Positions 60,194 to 64,000 of a DNA stretch of 64,000 bases are shown here, piece after piece. How positions within the stretch are numbered: the stretch's first letter is position 1; each line of letters starts with the position of its first letter. The notes under the pieces were generated by a model. The model was not told the DNA's origin. It did no database searches and saw only the letters and a list, made by a program, of their open reading frames with translations. Source of the stretch: Eledone cirrhosa. Taxonomy: Eukaryota. The stretch is taken from assembly GCA_964016885.1 (NCBI GenBank), contig OZ024743.1, positions 284,270,001-284,334,000 of the forward strand. The letters are read 5' to 3'. A program made the translations under genes and the position numbers.

Positions 60194-63105
60194 CTGATCA
60201 GTGGATCTGCTAATATGCACATTGACATTGCACATGCAACAGAGCATGCTTGCTTCATTTCTCTCCAGCCATCGCATATCCTCTGCAGTTGCTGCCCATG
60301 TCTCACTACCATGCAACATCGCGCATCTCACACAGGCATCATATAATCGTCCTTTCGTATGCAGGGAGAAACCTTTCTTTGTCAACAGAGGAAGCAGCTC
60401 CCTAAACTTCTTCCTTATTCTAGATACTATGGCCTTGGAACAGCCCCCTCCTATGCTAATCTGATCACCTAGGTACCGGAAGCTATCAACCACTTCTATA
60501 GAACCCACCTGTATTGGAAAAATGAGTCTATCACTGCGATTACTACTGCCAACTTTCCCTGTACATCTACTGCATACGTAGTTTTCCCTATCTGTTAGTT
60601 TGCCTGCTATCCCACTACATCTCTTGTGTACTCAAGATCTACATTGCGTACATTTTATGGAATTTATGCCAGTTCCTTTCCTACATATCGAACATGGAAT
60701 CAGAGTATTGTCCTCTCTTCTACTTATCAACACTTTTGTCTTAGCTATGTTCACTCTCAGTCCTCTTGATTCCAACTGCTGTTTCCATAGCCAGAATTTA
60801 TTCTCTAGCTCTTCTACTGATTCTGCTATAAGAACCAGATCATCAGCATAGAGAAGTTCCCATTGCCATCCAGTCTTAAACTCCTCTGTTATGGCTTGGA
60901 GGACTATAATGAACAAGAGCGGGCTGAGGACCGAACCCTGATGTACACTTACTAGTATCTGGAATTCCTCACTAAACTCCATTCCTACTCTCACTTTACT
61001 GACAGCACCCCTGTACATAGCTTGCACTGTCCTTACAAGCCATTCCTCTACACCTAGTTTTCTTAGGGACCACCAGATGACAGATCGGGGTACCCTATCA
61101 AAGGCCTTCTCTAGGTCAACAAAAGCTAACTATAGTGGCTTATTCTTCTCTAAGAACCTCTCTTGTAGTTGCCTCACTAAGAAGAGGGCATCTGTTGTAC
61201 TTTTCCGAGGCACAAAACCAAACTGCATCTCATCTAATTTGACCCTTTCTCTAATCAGTTGCGCTAATATTCTCTCTGCCATTTTCATAACCTGATCCAT
61301 CAGCTTTATGCCCCTACAATTGCTCCTCTCCAGAGCATCCCTTTTACCTTTGTAGCAATTTAAGAATACTGCTGCACCAGTCTTTGGGTATAACACCACC
61401 ATATATAGCTTGATTGATGATGCGTGCAACCAGTTTAGTGCCTACTTCTCCTGATGCCTTCAGCATCTCAGCAACTATCCCCGATGGTCCGGCAGCCTTA
61501 CCCTTCTTCATTTCCTTAATTGCCTCTTGTACCCTATATTCGTCAATCTCAATAACTGGTCCCTCTGTCGGGTCTACTGGGGGTAATTTCTCTCTGTCCC
61601 ATTCGTTCTCCACATTCATCAGTCTCTCATAATGACATTTCCAGGCCTCCTTTTTCTGATCATTTGTGACACTAAGTATACCGGCATCATTCCGTACACA
61701 CTTATCTCCCACAACATCCTGATTTTCACTGACACACTGCCTTGCAATGCGGAACACCACACTTCTCTGATCTTCCCGTCGCAAAACATTGGCAAACCTC
61801 CTATTCTCAGCCTCCCTGCGTGCTAAGTACACCTGATGTCTAGCTTCTCTCTTAGCGGCTGTGTATCCTTCTCTACTCCCACCGTTTTTCCAAGCCTTCC
61901 ATGCCAGTCTTTTGTCTCTAATGGCCCTATCTACTGTGCTGTTCCACCACCAGGTCACTCTCTGCCTGGTTCAAGCTCTGCCCCAACCACAAGTTTCTTC
62001 AGTAAGTGGTCAGGCAAGAAATTCCAGTTATCATCTATGTCATACAACTCTAAATCGTCTTCTTTTTCATTTATATTTATATTTTAATGAAAGGTCTTTT
62101 AGCTTCCCAGGCCTTTCTTTTCCACACCTTCCTGTATGTCTCATTCTTTCTCTTGCTTACTGAGATGCCACTAACGACTAACCTATGCTGTGGGGTACAT
62201 TCATCCCCAGGGTATGCCTTAGTATTTGACACCATTTGTCTGTCTCGCTGTCAAACTAGCAGGAAGTCAATCTGGCTTACGTGCTCACCTGATTTGTAGG
62301 TTATTAGGTGGTTGGTAGGCTTCTGGAAGTTAGTGTTGCAAAATTCAAGAAGCCTCACTCCTTCTTCATTTCTTGAGCTGTAACTGTGCCCACCATGCAC
62401 CCCAGTGTATCCATCCTGGAGCTGTCCAACATGACCATTGAAGTCCCCTGCTAGCATAACAATGTCTCTGTCCTCTGTCATTGACGCTGTTTGTAAAAGT
62501 TGTTCATAAAAGCAGTCTTTCTCTTCTTTACGTAGGCCTGCCTGGGGAGCATAGGCAGAGATGATTGTCAGTAGTCCCCTGCCTACACCTAACCTAAGCT
62601 TAATTATTCTATTATTAACTCAAACTACCTCTATTGTCTTATTGATCCACCTCTCAGCCAGTAATATGCCTACTCCACCTAACCCATCATCATTACCCAC
62701 CCAGAAAAGCTTATAACTACGATGTTTGCTTGCGATTAGTCTTGCAGAGGCACCTCTTGCACACAGCACACATCCACATGCCTTCTCTCCAGCATCTCCG
62801 CTATCTCACCAGATCTACCTGTTAGAGTTCCAACATTAAGTGTGGCAACTCTGAGATGCAACATCTCGTTCTTTTTCCTGTTGTGCGATTGCTTTATAAC
62901 GGTTGTAGTGTTCTCACACATGGCCTCACTAACCACCCCACTATCATACGCAGTTGTTGTGCGATTGCTTGATGACGGTCGGGAGGTTCTCGCACATGGC
63001 CGCACCAGCCACCCCACTACTGTGCGCAGCCCTAACATGGTTAGTGTTATTGCTGTTTACGCAGTTGTTGCAAATTTCATTCGTTGTGCTCATAGTTTTT
63101 GGCAG
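60194..63105 (-). mobile_element. Older RTE LINE subfamily, 3'-truncated, with frameshifts
   Basis: ATLNVGTL..CVQE, AGDFNGHVG, TWWWN, QFGF, YADD, PHD (CSIC..CTQC..WVHKRC), RYLGD, HGSETW. Confidence 0.93.
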
Positions 63106-63114
63106 TAGTATATA

Positions 63115-63358
63115 TACTGGTTGGATGCCCTTCCTAACACCAGCACCACTTTACAGCATGGACTGGGTGCTTTTATTCATGCCACCAGCACTAGAGAGGT
63201 CATCTTACCGGACTCAGGAGGCCTATACTGGGTGCTTTTATTTGTGCCACCAGCACTAGAGAAGTCGTCTTACTGGACTCAGGGGCCCTATCCACCCCTC
63301 CTTTTTACAGCATAGACTGGACGTTTTTATTCGTGCCACCAGCACTTGGGAAGTTATC
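63115..63358 (-). repeat. RTE-type 3' UTR fragment with an internal tandem repeat (three units)
   Basis: actgggtgcttttatt..tgccaccagcactagaga.gtc at about 63162, 63227 and 63316. Confidence 0.75.
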
Positions 63359-63586
63359 ATCATCATCATCATCATCATCATCATTTTACGACCGCTTTTC
63401 CCTGCTTGCAAGGGTGGGACGGGAACTGATTCTGGCTTGATTTCTACAGCTGGATGCCCTTCCTAACACCAACCTCATTTACAGTAAGTGCTGGGTGCTT
63501 TTTTGCTGTGGCACCTCCACAACCACTTTGCAGTGGAATGATAGGGATCCCAGTCCCTATCATCTCATTTCTACAGCTGAGTAAAC
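63358..63586 (-). mobile_element. SINE family B, 3' part with (TGA)n tail
   Basis: Near-identical to 21800-22020. Confidence 0.88.
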
Positions 63587-64000
63587 TATATTATATATAT
63601 ATATATATGCATGTAATATATATATATATATATATTAATAAGAGGAATTCCAACTGTCTGATTTACTCGTTTTATTTACAATCCTTTAAAATTTATAATG
63701 GTATTATAATGAAATAGTATGATAGAATATTAAATGTTAAGTGTTAATTGAACAAGTACTTTCATGCTTTCGCAATCTTCAGGTTCATAATGTGTGGTGA
63801 CAGTCAAGTTTGCAATTTTCAACTGTAATGAGATGGGTAAATTTTGTACCTTATATACAGTGAAAAGTGGCTCCAGAATGCTGTATTTTGACCAATCGGT
63901 GTGTAGTTTCACTGAATTACTAAAGCTGATTGGTTTAGGCGTCACGGTTGGTTGAGCATGTCTAACGACCACTAATTGATCCTATCCAAAGCATCAATTG

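Noticed and set aside
63730-63972. 80-aa minus-strand ORF as a Cav1 exon or separate gene
   Set aside because: No channel motifs, no convincing splice sites and no recognisable domain.
43965-64000. Upstream Cav1 exons (IS1-IS3, e.g. YLRNGWN.LDF)
   Set aside because: No such motif seen on the - strand; they probably lie beyond the window.

Overview
AT-rich eukaryotic genomic DNA, most likely from a coleoid cephalopod (Octopus-like; inferred from the SINE/RTE repeat content and the molluscan-type channel sequence). The window lies inside one large minus-strand gene encoding an L-type voltage-gated calcium channel alpha-1 subunit (Cav1). I reconstructed 15 phase-compatible coding exons (2001 nt, 43964 down to 3128). 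They run from repeat I S3/S4 through the AID, all of repeat II and the II-III linker; both ends of the gene lie outside the window. The introns are full of mobile DNA: RTE LINEs, two tRNA-derived SINE families, CR1-, CRE- and R4-type fragments, Penelope-like remnants, mariner, hAT, pogo-like and TTAA MITEs, and microsatellites. Best leads: (1) a candidate 13-nt microexon in the I-II linker that would either truncate the channel after the AID or replace the 85-nt exon; (2) a U12-type intron in IIS6; (3) an RTE family with a PHD finger inserted inside the reverse transcriptase; (4) head-to-head hammerhead-ribozyme-like repeats; (5) a snap-back palindromic SINE with target-site duplication (TSD); (6) a SINE-CR1 chimeric insertion. 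Exon coordinates were counted by hand. Repeat boundaries are approximate and family names come from motif recognition, not database searches.
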